Shown: positions 38,000 to 52,127 of the stretch, piece after piece
Layout of the letters: each line of letters begins with the position of its first letter
How positions within the stretch are numbered: position 1 is the stretch's first letter
Assembly (NCBI RefSeq): GCF_001194135.2
Contig: NC_068985.1
Location: 35,897,153 to 35,961,152, forward strand
Reading direction: 5' to 3'
Length of the DNA: 64,000 nucleotides
DNA from: Octopus bimaculoides
Lineage: Eukaryota
Position numbers and translations under genes: made by a program
Notes under the pieces: generated by a model
Told to the model about the DNA's origin: nothing
What the model saw: only the letters and a program-made list of their open reading frames with translations
Database searches by the model: none

Positions 38000-39350
38000 T
38001 TGATGTGTCTTAAGCATAGCAAACTGCTAGAAGTTTCAGTCCTTTGTCATCTCTTCTGTGAGGCCCGTCTGAAGGTCCTTTCTCATCACTTTTTCTTCCT
38101 AGATCTACCCCTTCCACAGGTTTCCTCCTTAATTAGAGACTGGCACTTCTTTATGCAGCTGTCTCCATCCTATACACATCACATGACCATACCAGTACAC
38201 TACATCTGATACCTTGTATCAATTTTTCTCTCAAATCATTTCCACTCTGTTGTGCATGCACAGAGACATTATCCATTCAGCAGCGCAAGCTGGTTTCATT
38301 TCTTTCAAGCCTTTGATTGTCCTCAGTGGTCACAGCCCAGGTCTCACTGCCATGTAGCATGGCTGTTCATACACAGGCATCATACAATCTACCTTCCACT
38401 CTGAGGAAGAGGCCCTTTGTTACCAACAAAAGTAGTATCTCTCTGAACTTTGTCCAACCTGTTCTTATTCTAGCTACCACATTTTCAAAACTACTCTCTC
38501 CACCACTAACTTGGTCACCTAAGTAATGGAAACTATCTACTCCTTCTAAGCATCCCCTGGGACATTTGAGGTTGTCTTATTTCCTATACATTCCGAGTGT
38601 TTAATGTACCTGCATATATGCCACACACAAAGACTATATTCTCTCTTAACCTTCCTGTGATACAACTGCACCCCTTATGTGTCCATAGCTTACACTGAGT
38701 ACACTGCATCACTGTATGGAGTTTCTAACATCTTTTCTACACACTGAGCAGGGCTATGTTCATGAAGGGATCAGTAATTTGTCTGTTTTCCTACTTACTA
38801 GGACTTTGGTCTTTGCTAAATTAACTCTAAGGCCCTTTGCTTCCACACTTGAAATTTCTTCCCTAGTTCTGGTAGTGATTCTGTAATAAGAACAAGGTTG
38901 TCAGCCTTAAACTCTTCTATTATGGCTTGGAGGACTATGATAAGAAGAGACTGAGAACCAATCCATGGTGAAGTCGTACCTATACACTAGATTCCTTGCT
39001 ATACTCATAGCTGACAACATTCTTGTACATGGTTTGTACAGCTCTCACCAACCACTCATCTATCCCCAACTTCTGCATTGCCCACCAGATAAGGGAGTAG
39101 GGGACCCTGTCAAAAGCTTTCTCCATGTCAACAAATGCCTAATACAGAGGTTTATTTTTGGCTAAATACTTCTGCAGTTGTCTCACCAGGAAGATAATAT
39201 CAGTTGTGCTTCTTCCTGGTACAAAACCAAACTGCATCTCATGTAGGCTAACTCTCTTCCTAACTAATTGAGCTATGATTCTTTCACTAACTTTCATCAC
39301 CTGGTCCAGCAGTTTGATACTACTGTAAGTATTTCTGTTTAAAGCATCAT
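38000..39350 (-). mobile_element. RTE-clade LINE ORF2 fragment (RT to C-terminus)
   Basis: MQFGFVPGRSTTDIIFLVRQLQKYL (RT); ...LKGLRVNLAKTKVLV; PHD-like CTQCKLWTHKGC; C-terminal RTE motifs. Confidence 0.85.
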
Positions 39351-40160
39351 CATTGTCATTTAACATTCATTTTCCATTCTGGCATGAATATGCTATTCAT
39401 GCCAGCATGAATAGCATATTTGACAAGGAACCAGAAAACTGTAGTGCTGCATTGAGTTCCAATGTCATCTTCAGCATGATTTCAATGGCTATATGCCCCT
39501 CTTAACACTAAACATTTTACAGTGTGTACTGGATGTTTTTTCTCATGTCACAGGCACTAGTGAGGTTGCCAAGTAACTTGCTGGACAGGAAAAAACAATG
39601 GATAAAAGAAAAAATTCCTCTTGAATAAGTGTGTGTATGTGTAGGAATATTTGAGAGAGCGGGGAGGTGGTTTTATGCCAGGGACAAGAATATGTGTCTC
39701 GCTATAGAGAAGACACATGACTACTCTGCATTATACAATGTTGGATGGGAGTATCTGAGAATAAAGATAAGATGATAGTGATGGGATACCAGAGCAAAAC
39801 CCTCAAGGAATAAGAAATGGTATGGGCAGTGGATCGGGAAGGAAATAAAGCAGTTATAAGAGTGTGAGGTGGGAGTGACAGATAGTTAGAGATTGAATGT
39901 AGGGAGTGATGAACAGGAGTGGAGGTGCTGCATGATTGGAAATATCAATATTGGGGACTATAATGTGTGGGCATGGTGGCAGACATAAGAGGGGCCTGGG
40001 AATGATAGCAGATATGTGAGGTGTTATGATGAAGTATGGCAGAGGTAGGGTTGGAAATAACTGGAAGAATGATAATGAGAATGAGAGAGGGAAATAGGAG
40101 AGGGGTGGCTGTAACTGGTAACACAGAATTAAGAGATGTAATATGTGCCTAGGATGGATA

Positions 40161-40430
40161 TGTAAAAACTATCATTTCATTTTCCAAGTTGAGATCCTAA
40201 ACCGAATCTAAGGATTCTTGCTTGCCTGATCCACCGCTGGCAAAACAGGCATGAAAGAAATTTCTTTTGCACCTGTTCAGCCAGTGGTGGATCAGGTGAG
40301 TGAGAATCCTTAGATTCGGTTAGTGTAAAAACTAACATTTCATTTTCTGAGCTGAGATTTGAAACTGAATCTAAAGATTCTCACTCGCCTGATCCACCAC
40401 TGGCTGAACAGGTGCGAAAGAAATTTCTTT
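40161..40430. repeat. 163-bp palindromic unit plus a truncated tandem second copy
   Basis: Unit starts TGTAAAAACT at 40161 and again at 40324; internal hairpin 40199-40321 centred on AAAGAAATTTCTTT. Confidence 0.85.
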
Positions 40431-43400
40431 GTTCTGTCAAAAAGTGATGGATGGATTTCCACTCGACCTCCGTCCTGAGCTGTGTCACTGAAAGGTTCAA
40501 CTGGCCAGCAGGTGACCTAGATAGGTAGAAATTACTCCAATGGTATATCTGTTCTTCTAGCTAGGATGACCATTATAAATACAGTCAGACACATGGCAGA
40601 TGGACAGACAGCTAACAACAGGCAAGCCGTCAAATGATGGCAGGCCATGAGCAAACGTTAATAGCCAACGACACTACACAGTAGCAGGACACAAACAGAC
40701 AGGACGGAAAGACAACATGACCCGACCCAGTGACCAATGCACACACAGACGCAAAACATGCCTTGTACTACCTCATCACATCGGCACACTATTTCTCCTG
40801 TTGTTTCTTTTTACATTGCCAACTCGAAGCAGTTGGTAACTTCATGTAGTGGCCTTCATTGATTTTGTGAATCAAGCTTTGTGTATCCAACATGTAAATG
40901 CAAGTGCCGATCAATTAAATTATTTAAACTACATTCCGATGCATTTGAATTTTGTTGTACATGTACACTAATGCTGCATATCCAATGGTGCATACTACCT
41001 TCGTTCCTCTCTAGTCTATGTATGTCTTCTGTATTCAGGATCTTTGTCTTGCAAGTTACTTAGTAACCCTGCCAGTGCTGGTGCCATGTAAAAAGCACTC
41101 AGCCCACTATGTAGGGTGATTAGTGCTAGGAAAGGCATCAAGCCATAAAAAATCATACCAAATCAGACTCTGAAGCCTGGTGCAGTCTTTTGCCTAGCCA
41201 ACTCCTGTCAAAATGTTCAACTCATGAGAGCATAGAAATAATGATGATGATGATGATATGTATATGTATATATGAGTGTAATGTGTGTGTGTATAATATA
41301 TATGCATTCATATATATTGCACTCAGTTGTGTGTGCATCATGATCATCATCATCATTACTTTGTGTGTGCATATATGTGTGTCTTCTCTTCCCCTCCACT
41401 TTTATTTGTATACAACTATCATCTGCTGTCAAGCCAATGTGAAAGAATAGGCTCATCAAATCAGTGTGATCTCAAGCTCAAATTCATGGCTTCCATATCA
41501 GACCATGGTTTTTGGAGAGGGCATGCTGAGGCCTTCATCCTGCAGTGGATTGAAAATAGGCAATCCAATTCAGTCAAATCCAAATGTTTGCTCTGCATCA
41601 TGGTTTAGAACCCAGCATGATGGTGTGTTGCTACTTGCACCAGGTATCCCTATTCATCTGCTGTTACCATCACGGAGATGAAGATCAGTTATTTTGTTTT
41701 TGCTTCATTTGAATAAAACAAAAATGTGCCACAAAGCATACATATTCAATGTGCATATATACATACTGCTGCCACACAATAAGTTACTGGGCATATTATG
41801 TGAAAATGATAGTGAGTATGATGTGTACACAGCTATTCTTCACTTGAACGAAACTCTTGTTCTACTCTAGCATCTATGTCTAGTGAGTAAGACTATGTGG
41901 CATTTAATTAGCCTAAATATGTATCAAAAAGTTTTGTTGGCGTGGCTGGGGTATTCCATACTTCTGCAACAATGAAATTCCACCACTTCTGTAGTGTCAG
42001 GCACATGGATGGTGTAGTATAGGTGGGAGTAATTGTGATTCTCTAGTCCCTTACATGGATGCATTCCCTGTTAAGGCACCACATAGATGAAGCCATCATC
42101 TTCATTGATTATCAATGAGTGAACGTAAAAACTTTAGGCATCTTCTTTTCTTTCCTTCTTTTATTTATTATTTTTATTATTACTGAGTGAGAGAGTAGCA
42201 CATGCCATCAAAGTGACACTGAGGTACAAATATACAAAACCAAATATACCTTCATGACTACTCATCTAATAAGGCATCCTGTCATAGAAAATCTACCTTA
42301 ATGAAAATGTTAAAAAAATATGAATTTGTCAAGGGCAGCGTAAATGTCCTCATAAATTTTAGTTTTTTAAGGCTTCTCTTTCCTATGGCCATAGCTATAG
42401 ATATTGTATGAATCAATCTTAACATAATCCACTGATTTTGCATGGCATTCCTTAACTTATTGTTGTTGATGAATCTAATGGTTTCTGCTGGAAGTTTTAC
42501 ATTCCTAGGAATAAATACATTTCCCAATATCTAGTTCAGACAAGAGATCATATCCATTAGTATCACAATTTAATTTTTTACTTTTTGGAACCTAGCTTTC
42601 AAAATAAGACATGATAATCTCAATTTATTTTCATCTAGTAAATCATTTGTTATTTAAAAATACCCATTTTTAAAATAGAAACTTTGTTCATATTTCTCTG
42701 ATAAAGAATTAGAACTGTGTCAAGTACTATGCATAATTTTATAAAACTTATTTCTGGGTTATCTGTATGTCAAACCTCATCAATGATCAAGGCACTTTTT
42801 CAAACTACTTATTTTGGCAATATCTTTTTCTTTTAAAAATGGGCTGTACATCTAATTCTGTAGCTAATTCTTTTGCTGATGCTAGTGCACTTACATATGC
42901 ATTGGCATAATAATCAGTTAAGTAATTACTGACAATAATTAACAAAACAATGGTAGACAGTTCCAAAATGATGTTCTGCCCAATTTTGCTGACATTTATG
43001 TTGCCTTAGACAGAGTCATTATTACTAGAGGACTGAAATCTCCTATTTGAGATTCAGAAGTTTAAGCTTCATGTTGCATAACAGGACCAGAAGCAGACAT
43101 ATTTGAAACGTTATAAGGAGCTTCTCAAATTTCTTAAATTTCATATATAATGACTTTGACGCATTCTAATCTGTACCCCTATCATGTTTCTTGAAGAGAT
43201 TTTTCAAAGAGACATTTAACATGACTTTTACGAATCCTGGAAAAAAGTCACTGAATAAATAATGACAGACTTAAGACTGATTTAACATTCTTTTTCTGTT
43301 TCATTGTTTTGTTTAAGATATTGAATAAAACCTTTGTTTTTTTTTTCCTCTCATATATGTGTAATGTTATTGTAGATGCTAGTAGAAACACTGCCTTTCA

Positions 43401-44499
43401 GGTGATTGTTTTTGCTACTTTAAATTCAGCAAAAGAAATGTAAAATTCAGACAGAAAAAAAGTCCAACCTGGATGAGTTAAGGGCTCTCTCTCTCTCTCT
43501 CTCATACACACACACACATTAGATGTGTGTACTGGTGTTATTCCAGTTATACCCATTGTATGAATGTGCGAGAGAGAAATAGAATGATTGTAAATGTACA
43601 TGTAAGCAAGTTGAGAGAGAAATGTGAGTATTAATGTGAACTGTGAGAAAGTTGTCTTTATGTGTGGAGCAGATGGAACATAGTATCTGGCTATATTCCA
43701 AGACAACCTCTAAACAAAGGTTAGAATCAAAAGAAAACAAATTCCGAAGAACTAGAACTAGAACTAGAACATTCTATCAGCAGTTTGGTACTTAAATACA
43801 ACAGACAGCAGCAGATCTTTGATGTTTGCTGATGATCTATCACAGATACCACAAAATATTATTGGTTGGAATAAATAGTATTTTCAAATTTTGGCACAAG
43901 GCCAGTAATATCGGGGAAGGGAGAAGTTGACTGTATCAGCCTCAGTGCTTAACTGGTAATTATTTCATCGAGCCCAAGAGGATGAAAGGCAAAGTTAACC
44001 TCAGCAGAATTTGAACTCAGATTTTAAAGATGGACAAAATGCCACTAAGCATTTTGCCAGCATGATTCTACCAGCTTGCTGTCCTGGCTGGAATAAATAT
44101 TGAAAGATGTGTCTACTTGTCTGTGTAAACAGTTAGCTCTTGCAATTATTTTATTACTAAAATATATAGAGATATGGTATTATTGACTAAATGTTATCCT
44201 TTTTACAAAGGGATATTATAGGCTTGATTCTAAGAGAGAGGGTCTGTTACCAACACACATATACAGCTGAAGCTATAGGTTGATGATTGGAATTTATAGA
44301 CATTTTAGAAATTTCTTTTCATCCTCCTCAACAAGCATTCTCTATAGTTTGCAAAAACTGTGTGTGTATGTGAGTGTATGTGTGTGTGTGCGTGTGTATG
44401 TGCATGCATGCATGTACAGGGCTGACTCTAGGGTTGCAGCTGTCCCGGATAAGATGAAGTTTGGCACCCTTATAATTACAATTTTTAAAACTTGCACAG

Positions 44500-45640
44500 G
44501 CATAATAGATGCTGAACATGTGTGGAAAATAGACTCCATTGCCAGGGGGGGGGGCAAGCCACAGGTAAGAGATAGCTTCCGGTATCTAGGCACCTAGGTT
44601 AGTAGTGGAGGTGGATATCCCAAGAACGTAGCTGTGAGAATAAGATTAGCTTGGGCCAAGTTCAGAGAGCTCCTACTCCTGCTGGCAACAAAGGGCCTCT
44701 CTCTCAGAGTGAAAGGCAGATTGTTTGATGCCTGTGTGTGAACAGCACTGCTGCATGGCAGTGATACATGGGCTATCACAGCTGAGGACATGCATAGGCT
44801 TGAAAGAAATGAAGCCAGTATACTTCGCTGGATGTGCAATGTCATTGTGTATGCTCAGCAGAGTGTAAGCATCTTGAGAGAAAAGTTAGGCACAAGAGGA
44901 ACCAGATGTAGTGTGCAAGAGAGGTGACTGTGTTGATATGGTCATGTAACGCATATAGGCAAGGACAGCTGTGTAAAGAAGTGCCGATCTTTAACTGTGG
45001 AGGGAACCTGTGGTAGAGGTAGACCTAGGAAGACATGAGATGAAGTGAAGCATGATCTTCGAACCTTGAACCTCACAGAGGCAATGACTAGTAACCAAGA
45101 CCTTTGGCGATGTGCTCTGTTTAAGAGGACTCAAGCCAAGTGCACCTGTGCTGGTGGCACATAAGAAAATCAACCTTGAACTTTGGGCCTCATGGGTAGC
45201 TAAGTTCCTTTTGAGCATTGGGCGTCATGGAGGCAAGTGGCTGAGTTCCTTTCAAGCGTTGGATCTCATAGAGGCAAGGTGGCTGATTTCCTTTGAGTGT
45301 TGAGCCTCATGGAGGCAAAGTGGCCAAGTTCCTTTTAGTGTTGGGCTTTACGGAGGCAATGACCAAGACTTTTGGTATTACGTTGTGCTTGAGAAGAAGA
45401 CCCATCAAGCCAAGCAAAATCAGTCATGGCAGATACTGGTGTCACAAAAATAGCACCCATGCCAGTGGCACGTAAAAACAACCATTACACTCTCAGAGTG
45501 GTTGGTATTGGGAAGGGTGTCCAGCCGTAGAAAACCATGCCAAATCAGACTGGAGCCTGGCATAGCCTTCCAGCATGCCAGTCCAGTCAAACCATTCAAC
45601 CCATGCCATCACAGACAACAGATGTTAAATGATGATGATG
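44500..45640 (+). mobile_element. RTE-clade LINE 3' portion with 3'UTR and (GAT)n tail
   Basis: DSFRYLG...RIRLAWAKFRELLLLLATKGLSLRVKGRLFDAC...; ends gttaaatgatgatgatgatg at ~45640. Confidence 0.85.
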
Positions 45641-47339
45641 ATGCTTTAAAACAAAAACAAAAATGAGAGAAAAACCTCAATCAATATCCTAACTAAAACA
45701 TTTTTTGATTATGTGCAAATGATTTTTGTAGCAGCCGAGACCTTTGGAGATATGTTATGATGGTGAAGACCCAGCAAGTAATGTGAGATCGCAGCCATGG
45801 CCGATGCCAGTGTTGCATAACTGGCCCACTTAAAAGTATCCTTGAAGTGTCGAGTGATGTGATGTGCTTGAGAAGACCTGTTGAGTCAAGTGAAATCGTA
45901 GTTGTGGTCAGTGCTGCCTGACTAGAACCTGTGCTGGTGGCACGTAAGAAGCACCATTCGAGTGTGGGTCAATGCCAGAGCCACCCGACAGGCTCCGATA
46001 CCAGTGGCATGTAAAAAGCTCCATCTGAATGTGGTTGAAACTAGTGCCTCCCTGACTGGCTCCCATGCCAGTGGCATGTAAAAAGCACTATCTGGATATA
46101 GTCAAAGCCAGTGCCCCCTGACTGGCTCCCATGCCAGTGGCATGTAAAAAGCACCCACTACACCCTCAGAGTGGTTGGCGTTAGGAAGGGCATCCAACTG
46201 TAGAAACCTTGTTGGATCAGATTATAGCTTGGTGCAGCCTACTGGCTTGCCATTCCTCAATCAAACTGTCCAACCCATACCAGCATGGAAAGCTGACGTT
46301 GAATGATGATGATGACGACGTCTTGGACATAAAGACAGACGAAATACAGCTAAGCATTTCACCTGGCGTGCTAACATTTCTGCAAGCTCGCCGCCTTTCA
46401 AAGCTACAAAATAATGCCTGATTAATTCCAAACAGTGTGAATGAAAAGCATTACATCTGACAGAGTAATTTGAATGCCAAAGGGTTAAACAAGGAAGACA
46501 GTTCTCAAGAAAATTCTAGCTGTTTTGATTGAAATGCACCTGCAATAATACTGCAGTTTATATTGTGATTCTAATTTATAGATCTTTCTCTCTGCTTTGG
46601 AAATGTAATAATTAAATATAATTCATGAGACTAAATTATAGTTATCAGAAGGATAATTTATTTGTAGACCATTTGTTCCCAGAAAATTTGTGTGATTTGA
46701 ATTTTAATCTGAAATACATGGCTAAAATCAGATGCAATGTTTAAAATTGCATGTATCTGAGAACTTTGCTGATAGGTGTCATCACTCTTACTTTTGGTAC
46801 TCATTATTGACATATATCACTTCCTCACTGTCATCATTTTTTCTTTCTTTTCTTCTCTCTCTCTTTCTTTCTCTTTCATTATTCCCTCTTCTATCTCTCA
46901 TCGTTGACATACATCATTCACTCTCTCTCTTTCTTTTTTCTATCTCTCTGTACCATCAGTACATCTCACTTCCACTATTCCCTCTTCAATCACTTTACCT
47001 CTCTCTCACCACTCTTTCTTGTTCATAGTGTTACTCATGGTTTTCCTATTCAATCTCCTTCACAACAATTGGCATGTAGCTGCCTATAACTTTCTCTCAC
47101 TTCTTCATTAATATGTCCTCTTACCAAATAAGTTCTATTGTATTGCCTTGCATCCTTTTTACTTGCATTGATTTGCATGATAATGCTTTTCTGTATTTTA
47201 CTTGGGTGTCTTTGTGTTTTAGTAAATCAACATTGTATTTTCGTTGAACCCTACATTCCTCTTTTAAAGCCCTTAGCTTCAGTTGTAGTTTGCCAAATAG
47301 TAGATGGTGGTTGGAGGCTATGTCAGCCCCTCTTTTTTA

Positions 47340-47700
47340 CCCTAACATCTAACAGTATATACTTAAAACCAGATGGCCCGAACACATAAGCAATATGGAG
47401 CTATGGCAAAGAATGAATCAAGCTTTGATTAGAGAGCAAATGTTTAAGAAAAAGTGGAAGTGGATTGATAGTATAATTAGAAAGGACACACCAAATGCAG
47501 CGAAAAGTGCTTTACAGTGGAATCTGGATGGATATAGAAAGAGAAGTAGGCCTAAGAACTTGTGGCGTAGATCAACACAAAAGGAACTAGAGAAAGGGGG
47601 GACATTCATGGCAGAGTATAAGTACAGAAGCGAAAAATAATGTGACATGGAATTCAATTATAAGTGGCCTATACTCCGCGTTGGAGGGTTAAAGGCAAGA
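47340..47700 (+). mobile_element. RTE-type LINE C-terminal fragment (second family)
   Basis: KWKWIDSIIRK...ALQWNLDGYRKRSRPKNLWRRS matches the RTE C-terminal WxxxGxRxxGRPKxTW pattern. Confidence 0.7.
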
Positions 47701-48436
47701 ACAAACTGTCCTCTTACCCCTGTCACTCAGCTTCTCCCATTATAATCTCTCTTCTATTCAGCCATTCAATCACATTGCCTCTTGCATACAGATAACATAG
47801 AGTGCATAAAATTCTTAAATCTTGCAGAAGACCAGACACCTTCTCTAGTATTGGACCACAATAAAATGCATCCAGTATGCTTTCGTGTAAGAAGAGGTGA
47901 CAGTATAGGGTACAGTGAACCTTTAATCTTGTCAAAGACATGTCAACCTCTTTAGAACCAGTATCATGATAATATGTTCTCAGTATACTAAATAATGCGG
48001 TTGGTGTTAGGAATACATTCAACCATTAAAAGCATATAAAAATGGAGCATGCAAGTGAGATGTGGTCTTATACCAATCTAGGAAGGTAAGTAACTCCAGG
48101 TAAGAAAAGAACTGATTCAAAATTTAACAACCCACATCATACCATGCCAGCTTGGGAAGAAGTCAAATGGTGATGATGATGATAATGATATTACTGAACA
48201 TTCAGTTATAATTTGTTATTTCTTTGTTATATAAATATTCTTTGTAAAAGTATTTGTAAATTCACATCAGTGTGTTTTACTGTTCTTTTTGCCATGTTTG
48301 TTCTAGAGTGGAAGTTTTCTTCAACACTACCAATTTGCCACAGTCCCTTGTCATCTCCTTAATGAGATTCTTCACACACATACACATGCACACACAACAT
48401 GCATGTATATATACATATGTATAGAATCATTCTCTT

Positions 48437-48539
<103 letters not shown>

Positions 48540-48629
48540 TCAGTAAAGCGCTAGATAAAATATCTTTAGATTCCCTTATGACACATTTCTAGCACTAGGA
48601 AATATTGATTAGTCCCCAAGCAACTGTAG

Positions 48630-49030
48630 TAACTCTTTACTCTTTCTCTTTTACTTGTTTCAGTCATTTGACTGTGGCCATGCTGGAGCACCACCTTTAG
48701 TCGAGCAAATCAACCCCAGGACTTATTCTTTGTAAGCCTAGTATTTTTTCTATCGGTCTCATTTGTCGAACTGCTAAGTTATGGGGATGTAAACACACCA
48801 GCATCGGTTGTCAAGCGATGTTGGGGGGACAAACACAGACATACAAACACACACACACATATATATATATATATAAACATATATATATGATGGGCTTCTT
48901 TCAGTTTCCATCTACTAAATCCACTCACAAGGCTTTGGTCGGCCCGAGGCTATAGTAGAATACGCTTGCCCAAGGTGCCACGCAGTGGGACTGAACCCAG
49001 AACCATGTGGTTGGTAGGCAAGCTACTTAC
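48630..49030 (-). mobile_element. SINE family B, full copy
   Basis: Head GAGTGGCTGTGTGGTAAGTAGCTTGC...GGTTCAGTCCCACTGCG, internal (TA/TG)n, tail ...GACTGAAACAAGTAAAAGAG. Confidence 0.85.
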
Positions 49031-49739
49031 CACACAGCCACTCCTGTGCCTTGGTGAGTTTTTAGATTTTTTTATTTTGTTTTTTTTTATCAATGCTAAA
49101 ATATGAAGAACACACTGCATGTAATAAGTGCCAACTGATTCAAAAGACTTTATTCTTAGATTGAAAGGATATTCATAAAAGTATTTGCACATAAGATTAT
49201 TAGGAAAATAAACAAAGAGAAATAAAAGCTAAAATAATTACACAAAAATATTTCATTTTAAAATGTAGACTTTAAAATTAATAAATCAGTCAGCTGGCAC
49301 ATCTATTATAAATATTGATCCATATGGAATAAAATTAAATGGGGCAGTAAAGGTTACTATTGTAAATTAATAGCTAATCATACTTGGTGCTGACCTAAAA
49401 AACTATTGTCATTCTACATTAAGTACAAGCTATAAAACTACTGAAATAAAATGTAGTTGAAAGATTTATTAACCTGAGAATATTTCTGAGAAAATAGCTA
49501 CATTGGAAAAACACCATACAGTCTGACATATGGCAGGTTAAAATTTCTGCTTTTAATATTTCTTGTACTCATAAGGGGACAAGCTAGCAGAATCATCAGC
49601 ATGCAGGGCAAAATGCTTAGTGGTACTTCATCTGTCTTTACATTCTGAGTTCAAATTCCACTGAGGTCGACTTTGCCCTTCATCCTTTTAGGGTTAATGA
49701 AATAAGTACCAGTTGAGCACTGGGGTCGATGTGAACAAC

Positions 49740-50890
49740 TTACCTTCCTAACGCTAACCACTCCGAGAGTGTAGTGGGTGCTTTTACATGCCACCGGCAC
49801 GAGGGCCGGTCAGGCAGAACTGGCAATGGCCATGCTCAAAAAGGTGCTTTTTACATGTCACCTGCACAGGAGCCAGTCCAGCGGCACTGGCAGCGACCGC
49901 GCTCGAATGTTTTTTCACATGCTACCAGCACAAGTGCTAGTAAGGTGGTGATGGTAATGATCACACTCAAATGATGCTATTTCCATGCCACTGGCACGGA
50001 AGCCAGACAGCTGCTCTGGCAATGATCACGCTCAGATGGTGCTGTTAGCGCTCCACTGGCACAGGTGCCAGTCATTGAATTTGGTTCAATTATGATTTCG
50101 ATTTCACTTGCCCCAACAGGTCTTTGCAAGCAGAGTTTAGTGTCCAACGAAGGAGAGGTTGGCATGGGTGCCAGTCGTCGAATTTGGTTCGATTTCTATT
50201 TCACTTGCCTCAACAGGTCTTTGCAAGCAGAGTTTAGGGTTCAATGAAGGAAAGGTATAAGTGGGCTGGCTACACCCCTGGCAGAGGCCACGGATTATGG
50301 TCTCACTTGGCTTGCTGGGTCTTCTCATGCACTGCATATTTCCAAAGGTCTCGGTCACTAGTCATTGCCTTGGTGAGGTCTAATGTTTGAAGGTCATGCT
50401 TCACCACCTCATCCCAGGTCTTCCTGTGTCTACCTCTTCCACAGGTTCCCTCAACCACTAGGGTGTGACACTTTTTCACACAGCTATCCTCATCCATTCT
50501 TGCCACATGACCATACCAGCGCAATCGTCTCTCTTGCACACCACAAGTGATGCTTCTTAGGCCCAACTTTTCTCTCAAGATACTTACAGTCTGTCGAGTA
50601 TGCACACTGACATTACACATCCATCGGAGCACACTGGCTTCATTCTTTGCTAGCTTACACATGTTCTCAGCAGTCATGGCCCATGTTTCACTGAAATGTA
50701 GCATGGCTGTTCGTACACATGCGTCATATAGTCTGCCTTTTACTCTGAGCGAGAGGGCTTTTGTCACCAGCAGAGGTAAGAGCTCTCTGAACTTTGACCA
50801 TGCTATTCTTATTCTAGCAGCTACACTTTCAGCACACCCTCCCCCGTTACTAACTTGGTCACCTAGATAATGGAAGCTATCAACTACTTC
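49740..50890 (-). mobile_element. RTE-clade LINE 3' portion plus 3'UTR
   Basis: ORF 50303-51004: DSFHYLGDQVSNGGG...ERRLRWYGHVARM...GRGRHRKTW. Confidence 0.88.
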
Positions 50891-51121
50891 ATATACATAT
50901 ACACACATATACATATATATACACACAAACACAAATATATACACACACACACACTTACAAATATATATACACACACACACACACACATACAAATATATAC
51001 ACACACATATTCATATATACGTGTTCTTGGTTGTCTCCTGTCCTAGCTTGATTTAAGCATTTGCTACCACAACCTCGTTTAGGCTTAGCAGCCCCTCTTG
51101 TTTTTTTTCACTGTCCTGTTT

Positions 51122-52010
51122 GGGATCTTTATGATTTGACGGGCAACACTTGTATTCTTAACGAAACACTTTCAAACTTGGGACACTGGTAGAATGTGTC
51201 ATATAAAACAACTTCTCTTAACCTTAACAAAAAATTGTACATCGCAAGTTATTTCATGTTAAAGTTGTCGTATTTCTGTAATTTCAACCAATCACTGACG
51301 TCTATTCAGCTGAATACAGTTAGTGCTGTTCGGTGTCAAGTGTGTTATTCCCTGTTTAATTATATCATTATTCCCTAGTAAGGGTTTAGGGTTTTAGGGT
51401 TAGGGTTTTAGGGTTAGGGTTTTAGGGTTAGGGTTGGGGTTAGGGTTATGGTTATGAGTTATNNNNNNNNNNNNNNNNNNNNNNNNNNNNNNNNNNNNNN
51501 NNNNNNNNNNNNNNNNNNNNNNNNNNNNNNNNNNNNNNNNNNNNNNNNNNNNNNNNNNNNNNNNNNNNNNNNNNNNNNNNNNNNNNNNNNNNNNNNNNNN
51601 NNNNNNNNNNNNNNNNNNNNNNNNNNNNNNNNNNNNNNNNNNNNNNNNNNNNNNNNNNNNNNNNNNNNNNNNNNNNNNNNNNNNNNNNNNNNNNNNNNNN
51701 NNNNNNNNNNNNNNNNNNNNNNNNNNNNNNNNNNNNNNNNNNNNNNNNNNNNNNNNNNNNNNNNNNNNNNNNNNNNNNNNNNNNNNNNNNNNNNNNNNNN
51801 NNNNNNNNNNNNNNNNNNNNNNNNNNNNNNNNNNNNNNNNNNNNNNNNNNNNNNNNNNNNNNNNNNNNNNNNNNTACATGAAATAACTTCGAATACAATA
51901 TTTTTTCTATGTTCTATAACACAAAATATACAAGTATTCAAAGTTTGAAAGTGTTTCAGTACCAAAAACACTACATAAAAAAATGTTGCCCGTCAAATCA
52001 TAAAGATCCC
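51122..52010. mobile_element. Foldback/MITE-like element with long imperfect inverted ends and an internal TTAGGG-like array (spans an N gap)
   Basis: GGGATCTTTATGATTTGACGGGCAACA at 51122 is the exact reverse complement of TGTTGCCCGTCAAATCATAAAGATCCC ending at 52010. Further internal inverted matches: GAAACACTTTCAAACTT and AAGTTATTTCATGT. Confidence 0.7.
51380..51462 (+). repeat. Interstitial telomere-like (TTAGGG/TTTTAGGG)n array abutting an N gap
   Basis: agggtttagggttttagggttagggttttagggttaggg... read directly. Confidence 0.9.
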
Positions 52011-52127
52011 CTGTCTGTATTACCTATTTTGACCCTCCGCAAAATTCCAGATTTTATTTAATTTGCTTTGCGGGAGCAATTGTTTTATCAAAAGCATATA
52101 TTGTTGTTAAATACTCAAAATACGAGA

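Noticed and set aside
45900-46160. Repeat-spacer-like array resembling CRISPR
   Set aside because: Eukaryotic context, the 'spacers' are homologous to each other, there are no cas genes, and it lies inside a retro-element 3'UTR.
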